Shown here piece after piece: positions 54,565 to 64,000 of a DNA stretch of 64,000 nucleotides. Source of the DNA: Candidatus Onthousia faecavium. Lineage in GTDB: Bacteria; Bacillota_I; Bacilli_A; RF39; UBA660. How positions within the stretch are numbered: the stretch's first letter is position 1; every line of letters begins with the position of its first letter. The position numbers and the translations under genes were made by a program. The DNA lies in contig DVIS01000026.1 in assembly GCA_018711135.1 (NCBI GenBank), forward strand, positions 3,172-67,171, in the 5' to 3' direction. The notes under the pieces are model-generated. The model was not told where the DNA came from. It saw nothing but the letters and a program-made list of their open reading frames with translations, and searched no databases.

Positions 54565-56700
54565 GTGAATGATATGACAATAAAAGAATACGCCATTGAC
54601 GTAAATAAAAGTATCGATGAGGTCATTAAACATATGGAGAGGCTTTCTATGGACTATAGTGACCTAGAGAGAATTTTAAGCGATGATGAGATCATTCTTT
54701 TAGATAATTCCATTCAAGATGAAGAAGACTATGTGGAAGAATCACCTGATGAAGAATTAGTTAAAGATATAGCTTTAGATGAAAAAGCAGAACAAATTGC
54801 TTATGATAGTAATTTGGATCATGATAATAAAATTAAAGTTACGAAAGTAAAAAATAAAGGCAGTAAAGTTAAAGATAAAAAAGAAGAATATCGGCAAGAG
54901 AGAAAAAATATTTATAAACATAAAGAGAAATTACAAAGTAATGAACAAGAAATAGATAAAGATGTAATCCTTTATAAGGAAGGAATGACAGTAGCAGATT
55001 TAGCTTCTAGTTTAGGAGAAGGAGTAAATAAACTTATTATGAAATTAATGAGTTTAGGAATTATGGCTACTGCTAATAATTCTCTAAGTTATGATGATGT
55101 AGAGGTTATAGCTTTAGAATATAATAAAACTTTAAAGAAAGAAGAAGCAGTGGATATTTCTAATTTTGAAAATTATGAAATAAAAGATAAAGAAGAAGAT
55201 TTAGTTCCAAGGCCTCCTGTGGTTACAATTATGGGACATGTTGATCATGGTAAAACAACACTTCTAGATGCTATTAGAAAGACTAATGTAGCTAGTGGGG
55301 AAGCTGGAGGTATTACCCAAGCGATTGGGGCTTATCAAGTAGAGGTTAAAGATAAAAAGATAACCTTTATAGATACTCCAGGACATGCAGCTTTTACAGA
55401 AATGAGAGCAAGAGGTGCTAGTGTTACTGATATAGTTATTATTATTGTGGCTGCTGATGATGGAGTGATGCCACAAACTAGGGAAGCAATTGACCATGCG
55501 AAAGCAGCAAAAGTACCAATTATCGTTTGTATTAATAAAATAGATAAACCAGAAGCTAATATAGAAAGAACCATGACGGGACTTGTAGAAGCTGGTCTTA
55601 CTCCAGAAGAATGGGGAGGAGATATAATTGTTAGTAAAATATCTGCTGTTACGGGAGAAGGTATTGAAGAATTATTAGAGAATATTCTTTTAGTAGCAGA
55701 GATGTGTGAGTTAAAAGCTAATCCTAATCGTTATGCAACAGGAGTAGTACTTGAAAGTAAGATGGATAAACATGTAGGTCCGATTGCAACTTTATTAATC
55801 CAGAATGGTACTTTAAGATTAGGAGATCCTATTGTAGTAGGAACAAGTTTTGGTAAAGTTAGAACTTTAAAAAATGATTTAGGTAAAGATATTGTGGAAG
55901 CACCACCATCAATGCCAGTTTCTGTTACAGGATTGTCTACTGTTCCTGATGCTTCGTCTAAGTTTATGGCTTTTGAGACAGAAAAACAAGCAAGAGGAAT
56001 TGCTCATGATAGAGAGCTTAGAGAAAAAGTTGCAGATACTAATAGAACAGGTATGAGTCTTGATGAATTATTTGGACAGATTAATGAAGGACTTAAAGAG
56101 ATTAATATCATCTTAAAGACAGATGTTAATGGTAGTTTAGAAGCAGTTAGAAGCTCTTTAGAGAAGATAAATGTAGAAGGAGTTAAAATCAATATTATTA
56201 GAGGTGCTGTTGGTGCGATTACAGAAAGCGATATTGTCTTAGCACAAGCATCTAATGCGATTATTATAGGTTTTAATGTAAGAGGTAACAGTAAAGTCCT
56301 TGATTTAGCTAAAGAATATGGTGTAGAAATAAGACTATACGATATTATCTATAAAGTAGTTGAAGATATGGAAAATGCGATGAAAGGTATGCTTGAACCT
56401 GTTTATGAAGAAGAGATAACGGGAACAGTTGAGGTTAGACAACTATTTAAATTCTCTAAAGTTGGAATGATAGCTGGATGTCATGTTTTATCTGGTAGTG
56501 TAAAAATAAATGATAAAGCAAGAGTAGTTAGAGATGGTATTGTTATCTATAATGGGGCAATTAAATCTTTACAACATGAAAAAGATACGGTTAAAGAAAT
56601 AACTAAAGATCATGATTGTGGTCTAACGTTAGAAAATTTCCAAGATTATAAAGAGAATGATTTAATTGAGGTTTATAAATTAGTAGAGATAAAAAGATAA
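54565..56700 (+). CDS. infB: translation initiation factor IF-2
   Basis: GTPase motifs GHVDHGKTTLLD, DTPGH and NKID; C-terminal IF-2 domains. The start is GTG 54565 or ATG 54574. Confidence 0.95.
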   Translation: MNDMTIKEYAIDVNKSIDEVIKHMERLSMDYSDLERILSDDEIILLDNSIQDEEDYVEESPDEELVKDIALDEKAEQIAYDSNLDHDNKIKVTKVKNKGSKVKDKKEEYRQERKNIYKHKEKLQSNEQEIDKDVILYKEGMTVADLASSLGEGVNKLIMKLMSLGIMATANNSLSYDDVEVIALEYNKTLKKEEAVDISNFENYEIKDKEEDLVPRPPVVTIMGHVDHGKTTLLDAIRKTNVASGEAGGITQAIGAYQVEVKDKKITFIDTPGHAAFTEMRARGASVTDIVIIIVAADDGVMPQTREAIDHAKAAKVPIIVCINKIDKPEANIERTMTGLVEAGLTPEEWGGDIIVSKISAVTGEGIEELLENILLVAEMCELKANPNRYATGVVLESKMDKHVGPIATLLIQNGTLRLGDPIVVGTSFGKVRTLKNDLGKDIVEAPPSMPVSVTGLSTVPDASSKFMAFETEKQARGIAHDRELREKVADTNRTGMSLDELFGQINEGLKEINIILKTDVNGSLEAVRSSLEKINVEGVKINIIRGAVGAITESDIVLAQASNAIIIGFNVRGNSKVLDLAKEYGVEIRLYDIIYKVVEDMENAMKGMLEPVYEEEITGTVEVRQLFKFSKVGMIAGCHVLSGSVKINDKARVVRDGIVIYNGAIKSLQHEKDTVKEITKDHDCGLTLENFQDYKENDLIEVYKLVEIKR

Positions 56701-56722
56701 GAAGGCTTAGGGCTTTCTTTTT
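56700..56722 (+). terminator. intrinsic terminator after infB
   Basis: GAAGGC-TTAGG-GCTTTC hairpin (one G.U) followed by TTTTT. Confidence 0.55.
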
Positions 56723-56871
56723 GTTTGCAAAAAGAAAAAAAGGGATTGACAAACATTTGTTTTGCATGATAAGCTTTGGTTGTTGATAGATATTAGGTTA
56801 TTTTTTTAATGAGATTAGGGTGGTGTTTTAAGTTTTATTCTATCACAATAGGTCTTTACTAGGAGGTACTC

Positions 56872-57987
56872 ATGAAAATATTACATACAAGTGATTTGCA
56901 TTTAGGAAAAAGTTTATTAGAAGAATCGCTTTATGAAGATCAAAAAGAAATGTTACAGCAATTAATAAATATTATTACAAATAATCAAGTTGATGTTCTT
57001 ATGATACCAGGTGATATTTATGATAAGAGTATTCCTTCAACTGATGCGGTTAACTTGTTTAATAGCTTTTTAGAATCTTTAGCAGCTTTAAAAGTAGATG
57101 TTTTAATAACAAGTGGTAATCATGATTCTAGGGATAGATTATCGTTTGGTTCTAATATCTTTAATAAGTTAAATATTCATATTGTTACGGAATATAATGG
57201 AGAAATATATAAGTTTTGTAAAGATGACGTTGTCTTTTATATGTTACCATTTATTAAACCATTTCATCTTAAACATATTGTTAATGAAGAAACTTATGAA
57301 AAGATTACGAATTCTAATGAAATGATGAAATGGATACTTGCTAGAGAAAAGTTTGATGAAAGTAAGAAGAATATTTTACTTGCTCACCAATTTGTTATAA
57401 ATAAAGGTGAAGATATAGTTTTTTCTGATTCAGAAAGTGCTACTAATGTTGGGACGATTGATGCGATTGATGTTAATTTGTTAGATAAATTTGATTATGT
57501 AGCTTTAGGGCATATTCATCGAGCACAAAAGGTGAAAAGAGAAACTATAAGGTATTCAGGGACACCATTAAAATATTCTTTTAGCGAAGCGAATGATAAT
57601 AAGAGTGTGGTTCTTATAGATACAAATGATATGAGTTTAGAGTTTATTCCTATTTCTCCTTTAAGAAAACTTAGAGTTATTACAGGTACTTTTGATAGTA
57701 TTATGAAGATGGAGGCAAGTGAAGATATTATTAAAGTAATTTTAGAGGATAATATGCCATTAATTTCTCCAATGGATGAGATTAAAAAGAGATTTCCTAA
57801 TGCTTTGTCTTTAAGTTTTGCTAATAGGGATGATTCTATCCTTAATAATTTAAATAATGTTGATATTAGTAAAGAAGCTTCTCCTTTAGAGTTATTTAAT
57901 GATTTTTTTAAGTCGCAACACGATAGAGATCTTATTTTAGATGAACAGAAATATTTAGAAAGTTTAATTAATAATTTGGAGGAGTAG
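56872..57987 (+). CDS. sbcD: exonuclease SbcD (Mre11-like)
   Basis: MKILHTSDLHLGK, GDIYD, GNHD and GHIH phosphoesterase motifs. Confidence 0.92.
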   Translation: MKILHTSDLHLGKSLLEESLYEDQKEMLQQLINIITNNQVDVLMIPGDIYDKSIPSTDAVNLFNSFLESLAALKVDVLITSGNHDSRDRLSFGSNIFNKLNIHIVTEYNGEIYKFCKDDVVFYMLPFIKPFHLKHIVNEETYEKITNSNEMMKWILAREKFDESKKNILLAHQFVINKGEDIVFSDSESATNVGTIDAIDVNLLDKFDYVALGHIHRAQKVKRETIRYSGTPLKYSFSEANDNKSVVLIDTNDMSLEFIPISPLRKLRVITGTFDSIMKMEASEDIIKVILEDNMPLISPMDEIKKRFPNALSLSFANRDDSILNNLNNVDISKEASPLELFNDFFKSQHDRDLILDEQKYLESLINNLEE

Positions 57988-57991
57988 TAAT

Positions 57992-60562
57992 ATGCAATTA
58001 AAAAAATTAACAATGCAAGCTTTTGGTCCCTTTAAAGATAAAGTAGAGATTGATTTTGAAAAAGCTAAAATTGATCGGGGATTGCTATTAATAACTGGTG
58101 ATACAGGAGCAGGAAAAACAACAATCTTTGATGCTATCTGTTATGCTTTATATGGTGAGTCATCTGGAACAACTAGAAAAACAAATTCTCTTAGAAGCGA
58201 TTTTTCTTCACCTGATACGGAAACATATGTAAAGTTAGAATTTTATCATAACAATAAAGAGTATTCTGTTAGAAGAAGCCCTGAGTATATGCGGAAGAGT
58301 AAAAGAGGAAATGGAGAAACAAAACAACCAGCGACAGCAGAGTTTGAAATTAATGGGCGGATGGAGACAAAAACAAATGTTGTTACTAAAGAAATTGAAT
58401 CCTTAATTGGGCTTGATTTTAAACAATTTAGGCAAGTAGCGATGTTATCACAAGGAGAATTTACTAAGTTTTTATTAGCATCATCTGATGAGAAAACCTC
58501 AATCTTTAGAAAAATATTCAATACAGATATTTATAGTAATATTACTTTAAAATTAAAGGAAGATTTGGTTTTAAAAGAACAAAAGTATAAGCGGACAAAA
58601 GAAGAAATAGAAAAAGAGAAAAATAAAATTACTGACTTTAATTTCTCTAATTTGACTAATGATCAGTTAAGTAAATATTTAGAAGAGAAAATTATTAGTG
58701 ATGAAAAGGCTTTAGAGGAAAAGAAAAAAGTAGTAGATAAATTAAATGAGAAAATAACAACTAAAAAAGTAGAATTAGAAAAAATAGAGGAAACAAATAG
58801 GAAAATAAAGGAACTTGAAAATAGTAAAGAGAAATTACAATTATTGCAAAAAAATAACGTAATGATTGAAAAAGAGAAAGGTATTCTTGACTATAACCTT
58901 CATAAAGCACCTAAAATAAGTAATTTATTAAACTTAATTAATAAAGAACAAAATAACCTTAAAGATACTACAAAGAGTCTTAATACAAGTAAGGAAAAAT
59001 TAACTGCTTTAAAACTTTTATATGATAAAAATAAAGAAATTTATGCTGACTTAGATAAATATGGTGATAGAGTAACAGATATAAATAAGAAAATTGTTAG
59101 TACAAAAGAAAAACTAAAGAATTTGATTAAGTTTAAAGAGTTAAATAATTCCTTAATAATAAATGAAGCTAAATTAAAAGAAATATTAGATGAGGAAACT
59201 TTAGAACATAATAAATACAATCAATTAAGTAGAAATTATTACTTAAATGAAGCTTTTATCTTGGCAGAAACATTAGAAGATAATATGCCATGTCCTGTTT
59301 GTGGTTCATATGATCATCCCCATAAAGCTTTGAAAAACGATTATAGTATTACAAAGGAAGATTTAGAAAAGCAAAATGAAATCCTTAGTAAGATTATCGA
59401 TACTAGAAAGACTCATGAGTCTAAAATAGATTCGTTAAAACAAAATATTAAAGAGCTAAATTTAGATAGTTATACTGATGTTGATACTACTATAGATGAA
59501 TTGAATACTTTACTTGATAGTTTAAATAATAAGTTAAAAGAGATAAAAGATAGTTATAATAAACTCTTGAAAGAGAAAACAGATTTGACTACTGATATAA
59601 GTAAAGGTGAAAGGGAGATTGAACTATATAATGATACTATTCTTAAATCTAATGCTGATTTAGGGAAATATACTAAAGACTTAAATGACTTATATATTAA
59701 ATTAAATACATCATATGAAGATTTTGAACAGAAGAAGATAACACAATCTGAGTTAAATACCTTAAGTACTAAAATTAAAGCTTATGATACTGAGTATAAT
59801 AAATATATGACAACAATTGAATTATATACTAAAGAGGTAGGAACTAAAGAAATAATAAATATAGATGATAAAGTAGAAGAATTAAATAAAAATATTTCTT
59901 CCTGTGAATTATTAAATAGTGAATACAATGATTTTTATGCGGTTTTAAAGAAAGAAAAAGAGGTTGCTAACAATATAAAAGTTTATATCGGTAATCTAAA
60001 AAGAGAAGAGAAAGAGTATTTAACAGTTAAGTTATTAAGTGATACTGCTAATGCGAAATTAATTAGAAAACAGAGAATTACTTTTGAAAATTATGTCCAG
60101 TCATATTATTTAAATAACGTTTTAGTTGAAGCTAATAAAAGATTAATTAAAATGACTGATGGAAGATATGATCTAAGAAAAAAAGAGGTTTCTAGTTCTT
60201 TAACAGAGAAAATGGGGTTAGAGTTTTCTATCTTTGACTCTTATACAGGTAAAGAAAGGGAGGTCTCATCATTATCAGGGGGAGAAAAGTTTAAAGCGGC
60301 TTTAGCACTAGCTTTAGGTTTAAGTGATGTTATAAGTATGTTTGCAGGAGGAATTAAAATGGATGCTCTCTTTATTGATGAAGGTTTTGGTTCTTTGGAT
60401 CAGGAGTCATTAAATCAAGCTTTAAATACTTTGTCAGATTTAGTAGATGATGATAAATTAGTGGGTATTATCTCTCATGTATCAGAATTAATATCTAGAA
60501 TAGATAAGAAAATAGTGGTTAAAAAGAATAATAATGGTAGTTATATTCAAATTGAAAGTTAG
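57992..60562 (+). CDS. sbcC: exonuclease SbcC (Rad50-like ATPase)
   Basis: Walker A GDTGAGKTTIFDAI, long coiled coil with the CPVCGS zinc hook, LSGGEKF signature and Walker B LFIDEGFGSLD. Confidence 0.92.
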   Translation: MQLKKLTMQAFGPFKDKVEIDFEKAKIDRGLLLITGDTGAGKTTIFDAICYALYGESSGTTRKTNSLRSDFSSPDTETYVKLEFYHNNKEYSVRRSPEYMRKSKRGNGETKQPATAEFEINGRMETKTNVVTKEIESLIGLDFKQFRQVAMLSQGEFTKFLLASSDEKTSIFRKIFNTDIYSNITLKLKEDLVLKEQKYKRTKEEIEKEKNKITDFNFSNLTNDQLSKYLEEKIISDEKALEEKKKVVDKLNEKITTKKVELEKIEETNRKIKELENSKEKLQLLQKNNVMIEKEKGILDYNLHKAPKISNLLNLINKEQNNLKDTTKSLNTSKEKLTALKLLYDKNKEIYADLDKYGDRVTDINKKIVSTKEKLKNLIKFKELNNSLIINEAKLKEILDEETLEHNKYNQLSRNYYLNEAFILAETLEDNMPCPVCGSYDHPHKALKNDYSITKEDLEKQNEILSKIIDTRKTHESKIDSLKQNIKELNLDSYTDVDTTIDELNTLLDSLNNKLKEIKDSYNKLLKEKTDLTTDISKGEREIELYNDTILKSNADLGKYTKDLNDLYIKLNTSYEDFEQKKITQSELNTLSTKIKAYDTEYNKYMTTIELYTKEVGTKEIINIDDKVEELNKNISSCELLNSEYNDFYAVLKKEKEVANNIKVYIGNLKREEKEYLTVKLLSDTANAKLIRKQRITFENYVQSYYLNNVLVEANKRLIKMTDGRYDLRKKEVSSSLTEKMGLEFSIFDSYTGKEREVSSLSGGEKFKAALALALGLSDVISMFAGGIKMDALFIDEGFGSLDQESLNQALNTLSDLVDDDKLVGIISHVSELISRIDKKIVVKKNNNGSYIQIES

Positions 60563-60661
60563 AAAATGAAGAGTGTTTAGAAGAAATACAAAATTAAAAA
60601 AATATCTATTAAGTAATTAAAATATATGTTAAGATAAATTAATAAAGAAAGGTGTGAGATT

Positions 60662-61012
60662 ATGGGTAATACAAATATAAAAATAGAAAGAATTAACCAT
60701 ATGATTATGGAAGAGGTTAGTAAAATACTAATGCTAGAAATAAAAGATGAAGATATTAGATTTGTTACTGTTACTGACTGTGATACTGCTCTTGATTTAA
60801 GTGTGGCGAAAATATATGTAACAATATTAGATAAAGATAATAAAGATGAAATTTTGGCTTCATTAAATAAAGCTAGTAGTTTTATAAGAGGTGAATTAGC
60901 TAAGAGAATTGAAATTAGACATACGCCAGAGTTAAGATTTCTTTATGATAATTCTATCGCTTATGGTGAACATATTGATAAGGTTATTGATAGGATTAAT
61001 GAGGAAAAATGA
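60662..61012 (+). CDS. rbfA: ribosome-binding factor A
   Basis: RINHMIMEEVSKIL...VTVTDCDTALDLSVAKIYV...TPELRFLYD matches RbfA. Confidence 0.92.
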   Translation: MGNTNIKIERINHMIMEEVSKILMLEIKDEDIRFVTVTDCDTALDLSVAKIYVTILDKDNKDEILASLNKASSFIRGELAKRIEIRHTPELRFLYDNSIAYGEHIDKVIDRINEEK

Positions 61013-62412
61013 ATTATAAAATACTAGTTAATAAAAATAATCCTTATCAAGAATCTTTACTACAAAATAGAAATTTAAAAAGAATTGTTACAGGGTCTAA
61101 AGAAGAATTTTACTTAGAAAGTAAAACTTTGAAAGCTTATTTAGACTTAAAAAAAACTTTAGAGAAAATAAATATTTATATTACTCTTGTTAGTGGTTAT
61201 AGGAGTGTAGAAGAGCAAGCAAGTCTTAGATTAGAATATGAGCAAAAGTATGGTCTTGATTATACTAATAATTATGTAGCACTCCCTTCATTTAGTGAAC
61301 ATCATACAGGTCTTTGTTTTGATATTTCTTTAGTTATAGATGGTAAAGTTAGTGAGGAGAATGACTTAACTGCGAGGGAAGAAGCAATCTTTAGAAAAAT
61401 ACATCCACTATTAAGTTCGTTTGGTTTAATTTTAAGATATCCTAAAGATAAAGAAGAAATAACTGGTTATAGTTATGAAGCTTGGCATTTTCGTTATGTT
61501 GGAAAAAAGACAGCTCATATTATTATGGAAAATAATTTAACTTTAGAAGAGTATGATAATCTTTATAATAAATCTGGAGTTTTAGTCGTTAATAAACCAT
61601 CAATGTTAACCTCACGTGATGTTGTTAATAAAATAAGTAATATTTTTGATACTAAGAAAGTTGGACATAATGGGACACTTGATCCTTTAGCAGAAGGGGT
61701 ACTTGTTGTTACTATCAATAAAGCGACGAAAATTAATGAATTGTTGATTAGTACAGAAAAAGAATATATTGCAACTGTTAGAATGGGACTCAAGACAGAT
61801 ACTTTAGATATAACAGGAATGATTCTTGCTACTAGTAATTTAAGGACCACGAAAGATGAATTAGAAAATTTATTTCAGAAATTTCCAAGAGAGTATTTTC
61901 AAGAGGTACCAAAGTATTCTGCTGTTAAAATAGAAGGAAAAAAATTATATGAATATGCTAGAGAAAATAAAGAGATAGAATTACCAAAGAGATTAGTTAC
62001 TATAAAAGAGTTAGAACTATTGGATTTTAGGGAAGATACTTTTACTTTTAGAACGGTAGTATCTAAGGGAACTTATATTAGAAGCCTTATTAATGATATT
62101 GGAGAAATTCTTGCTGTACCATGTACGATGGAAAAACTGATTAGAACAAGACAAGGTAATTTTAGTATTAAAGAAGCGATAGAACTTGATGATGTTAAGA
62201 TAAATAGTAAGTTAATATCTATTGCTGAAGCTTTAAATATACCTGTGAAAGAGGTTTTAAAAGAAGACAGTAAATTAGTGAAAAATGGAGGGGTAGTCAG
62301 TAATAAATATCAAATAAAAGATAGAGTATTATTTAAAGAACATGATAAAGCGCTAGCCATTTATCAAGTTTCTTTCCATAATAAATTAGAATGTTTTAAA
62401 ATGTTAACATAA
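61009..62412 (+). CDS. truB: fusion protein: VanY-type M15 D,D-carboxypeptidase domain plus tRNA pseudouridine-55 synthase TruB
   Basis: Single 467-aa ORF. Residues about 1-190 carry SGYRSVEEQ, SEHHTGLCFDI and EAWHFRYVG (VanY/M15B). From about residue 190, GVLVVNKPSMLTSRDVV...GHNGTLDPLAEGVLVV is the TruB catalytic core. Confidence 0.85.
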   Translation: MNYKILVNKNNPYQESLLQNRNLKRIVTGSKEEFYLESKTLKAYLDLKKTLEKINIYITLVSGYRSVEEQASLRLEYEQKYGLDYTNNYVALPSFSEHHTGLCFDISLVIDGKVSEENDLTAREEAIFRKIHPLLSSFGLILRYPKDKEEITGYSYEAWHFRYVGKKTAHIIMENNLTLEEYDNLYNKSGVLVVNKPSMLTSRDVVNKISNIFDTKKVGHNGTLDPLAEGVLVVTINKATKINELLISTEKEYIATVRMGLKTDTLDITGMILATSNLRTTKDELENLFQKFPREYFQEVPKYSAVKIEGKKLYEYARENKEIELPKRLVTIKELELLDFREDTFTFRTVVSKGTYIRSLINDIGEILAVPCTMEKLIRTRQGNFSIKEAIELDDVKINSKLISIAEALNIPVKEVLKEDSKLVKNGGVVSNKYQIKDRVLFKEHDKALAIYQVSFHNKLECFKMLT

Positions 62413-62429
62413 TTTGGGGAGGTTTAAAA

Positions 62430-63191
62430 GTGCATAAAAAAGAAGAACTAAAAGAAACATTGAAAATGTATAAAGGAATATTAACGAATCCTATTGCGGA
62501 TTATTTAAATTCGTTGTTAGAATTAGAGTTTTCAGTTGTTAGAGATTATATTGATGATACTAATAGAAGTACTTTAGCTAATCTAGATATATATATAAGA
62601 ATTGCTCAATATAACATTTATATTAGAGCTTTAAATATAATGGGAGAAAATGGATTAAGTTATAAGAAGAAAGATGAAAATAATATTTTAAGTATTTTTG
62701 CTTCTTTAGAATTTAAAGATATTGAACTATTTGCTTTCGATTATAGTAATGGGTTAGATAATTTATCTATTGTTCAAGAAGGAGTTGTAACTAAAAGAAT
62801 AGGTGATATCTTTTTATATCAGGTCGTGAAGGATGAAGAATTCAGAGAAAAAGAATTAGAAAAAGCAATGTATAAGCTAGAGAGTTTATGTAATGCTAAA
62901 AATCCATATAGGTTAAACCCATATACTTGTGGTGGACCAGCTTCTTACTGGGAGATAAAAAGAGAACGTGAAATAAGAAAATATGAAACATTACGGAAGG
63001 AACTTGAGCATCAGAAAGAACTTAATGATGATGAGAAAAAGGAAATAGAAATAACAAATAAAGTTTATGAGATGTTATTAGAAGATTATGGCTTGACAAA
63101 TAATTTTAAAAATGAAGAAATTAGTGAAGATAAGAAACTAGTCAAAAGAATGCCAAATTTAAATATTATTACTAAGGTTAAACGTATATAA
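62430..63191 (+). CDS. hypothetical protein (occupies the usual ribF position)
   Basis: 253 aa, GTG start after GGGGAGG; no motif recognised. Confidence 0.6.
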   Translation: MHKKEELKETLKMYKGILTNPIADYLNSLLELEFSVVRDYIDDTNRSTLANLDIYIRIAQYNIYIRALNIMGENGLSYKKKDENNILSIFASLEFKDIELFAFDYSNGLDNLSIVQEGVVTKRIGDIFLYQVVKDEEFREKELEKAMYKLESLCNAKNPYRLNPYTCGGPASYWEIKREREIRKYETLRKELEHQKELNDDEKKEIEITNKVYEMLLEDYGLTNNFKNEEISEDKKLVKRMPNLNIITKVKRI

Positions 63192-63244
63192 AAAGATAGA
63201 AATTTATAGACAAAATAATAATTTTATAGTATAGTAATAGCGTT

Positions 63245-63297
63245 ACCAATTCTTAGTGAGAGGAGTTCTTCCTTATACCTTTTACCAAGAATTAGGT
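63245..63297 (+). promoter_or_regulatory. structured rpsO leader (possible S15 autoregulatory element)
   Basis: Helix 63245-54/63287-97 with a single bulged A, enclosing a small internal hairpin, about 30 nt upstream of the rpsO start. Confidence 0.35.
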
Positions 63298-63326
63298 GAA
63301 TTAAAGATAAGAAAGGAAGATTAAAA

Positions 63327-63596
63327 ATGGCTTTAACAAAGAGTGAAAAAGAAAAATTAGTTAAAGAATTCGGTAAAGATGCTAATGATACTGGATCTGT
63401 TGAAGTGCAAATTGCTATTTTAACAAAAGAAATAGATAATTTAACAGAGCACTTAAAAGAACATATCCATGATCATCATTCGCGTCGTGGTCTTTTAATG
63501 AAAGTTGGAAGACGCCGTAATATGCTTAATTATTTAGCAAGAACTGATATTACTAGATATCGTGAGGTTGTTAAAAAATTAGGATTAAGAAAATAG
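63327..63596 (+). CDS. rpsO: 30S ribosomal protein S15
   Basis: [36 protein letters not shown] is the S15 signature. Confidence 0.95.
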   Translation: MALTKSEKEKLVKEFGKDANDTGSVEVQIAILTKEIDNLTEHLKEHIHDHHSRRGLLMKVGRRRNMLNYLARTDITRYREVVKKLGLRK

Positions 63597-63618
63597 AACT
63601 CATAAAGAGTTCTTTTTC
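63595..63618 (+). terminator. intrinsic terminator after rpsO
   Basis: AGAACTC-ATAAA-GAGTTCT followed by TTTTC. Confidence 0.7.
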
Positions 63619-63766
63619 TTTCGTTAAAAACTAAGAAAGAGTAGAATTTTTTTGTTTTTTCTGTTATTCTATTAGTAGCTTTACGTTCTTTACGTTTTTA
63701 TAGGTTTATGGAGAACAAAGACTAATGGATTCGTTTTAAAGATGTATAGAGAAAGAAGGAAATATA

Positions 63767-64000
63767 ATGGTTAAGAAAGTATTTGAATATGATTTTTATG
63801 GAAAGAAAATAATTGTTGAACATGGAGAACTTGCGAAACAAGCGAGTGGATCTGTTTTAGTTAGATATAATGATACAGTTATTTTAACAGCTACAGTTAT
63901 TAACAAGAAAGCTAACTTGTTAAGTGATTTTTTTCCACTAACAGTTAATTATCAAGAAAAACTTTATTCAGTAGGGAAAATACCAGGTGGTTTTATAAAA
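63767..64000 (+). CDS. pnp: polyribonucleotide nucleotidyltransferase (PNPase), 3' end outside window
   Basis: ATG 63767. [25 protein letters not shown]...[22 protein letters not shown] is the PNPase N-terminus; the ORF runs to the window edge. Confidence 0.9.
   Translation, partial: MVKKVFEYDFYGKKIIVEHGELAKQASGSVLVRYNDTVILTATVINKKANLLSDFFPLTVNYQEKLYSVGKIPGGFIK

Noticed and set aside
56751-56762. The palindrome AAACATTTGTTT overlapping the TTGACA of the sbcDC promoter, as a LexA/SOS box.
   Set aside because: It only loosely resembles the Gram-positive GAAC-N4-GTTC consensus, lacking the G/C ends. AT-rich palindromes of this size are common here.

Overview
AT-rich chromosome segment from a spore-forming, low-GC Bacillota-type organism. 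All coordinates, pairings and motif matches were worked out by hand, with no database or folding software. Host genes on the left are mraY (partial), a SEDS FtsW/SpoVE-like gene, an NfeD/SPFH pair, a MacB-type ABC transporter and cotJB. Host genes on the right are smc, a large secreted protein, a CPBP protease, rimP-nusA-ylxR-infB, sbcDC, rbfA, a VanY-TruB fusion, rpsO and pnp (partial). Four points stand out. (1) A complete-looking HK97-like cos siphophage prophage of about 36.1 kb (10210-46290) sits inside the spore-coat gene cotJC. Codons 1-31 lie at 10118-10210 and the rest of the gene resumes in frame at 46299-46773. An 8-bp direct repeat TATGGAGG flanks the element and a large serine recombinase gene abuts attL. 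Joining at the repeat rebuilds a 188-codon CotJC, so this looks like a skin/SPbeta-style sporulation intervening element. (2) The leader of the phage late (packaging) operon contains a canonical hammerhead self-cleaving ribozyme (27389-27510, predicted cut after A27488). It sits at the tip of a roughly 220-nt rod closed by a 23-bp helix whose only two DNA-level mismatches are G.U wobbles on the + strand. (3) The phage carries homologues of the host developmental regulators SpoVG and AbrB. It also has a second, Cre-like tyrosine recombinase with a lox-sized perfect palindrome nearby, and a reverse-oriented zinc-ribbon/DUF4145 gene that is a candidate defence moron. Other cargo includes a GT-B glycosyltransferase, a three-operator CI/Cro switch and a cos region with phased A-tracts. 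(4) On the host side there is a VanY-TruB gene fusion, an apparent CotJA-CotJB fusion and a G9 tract inside a terminator-ended leader. No rRNA, tRNA or CRISPR array was recognised.
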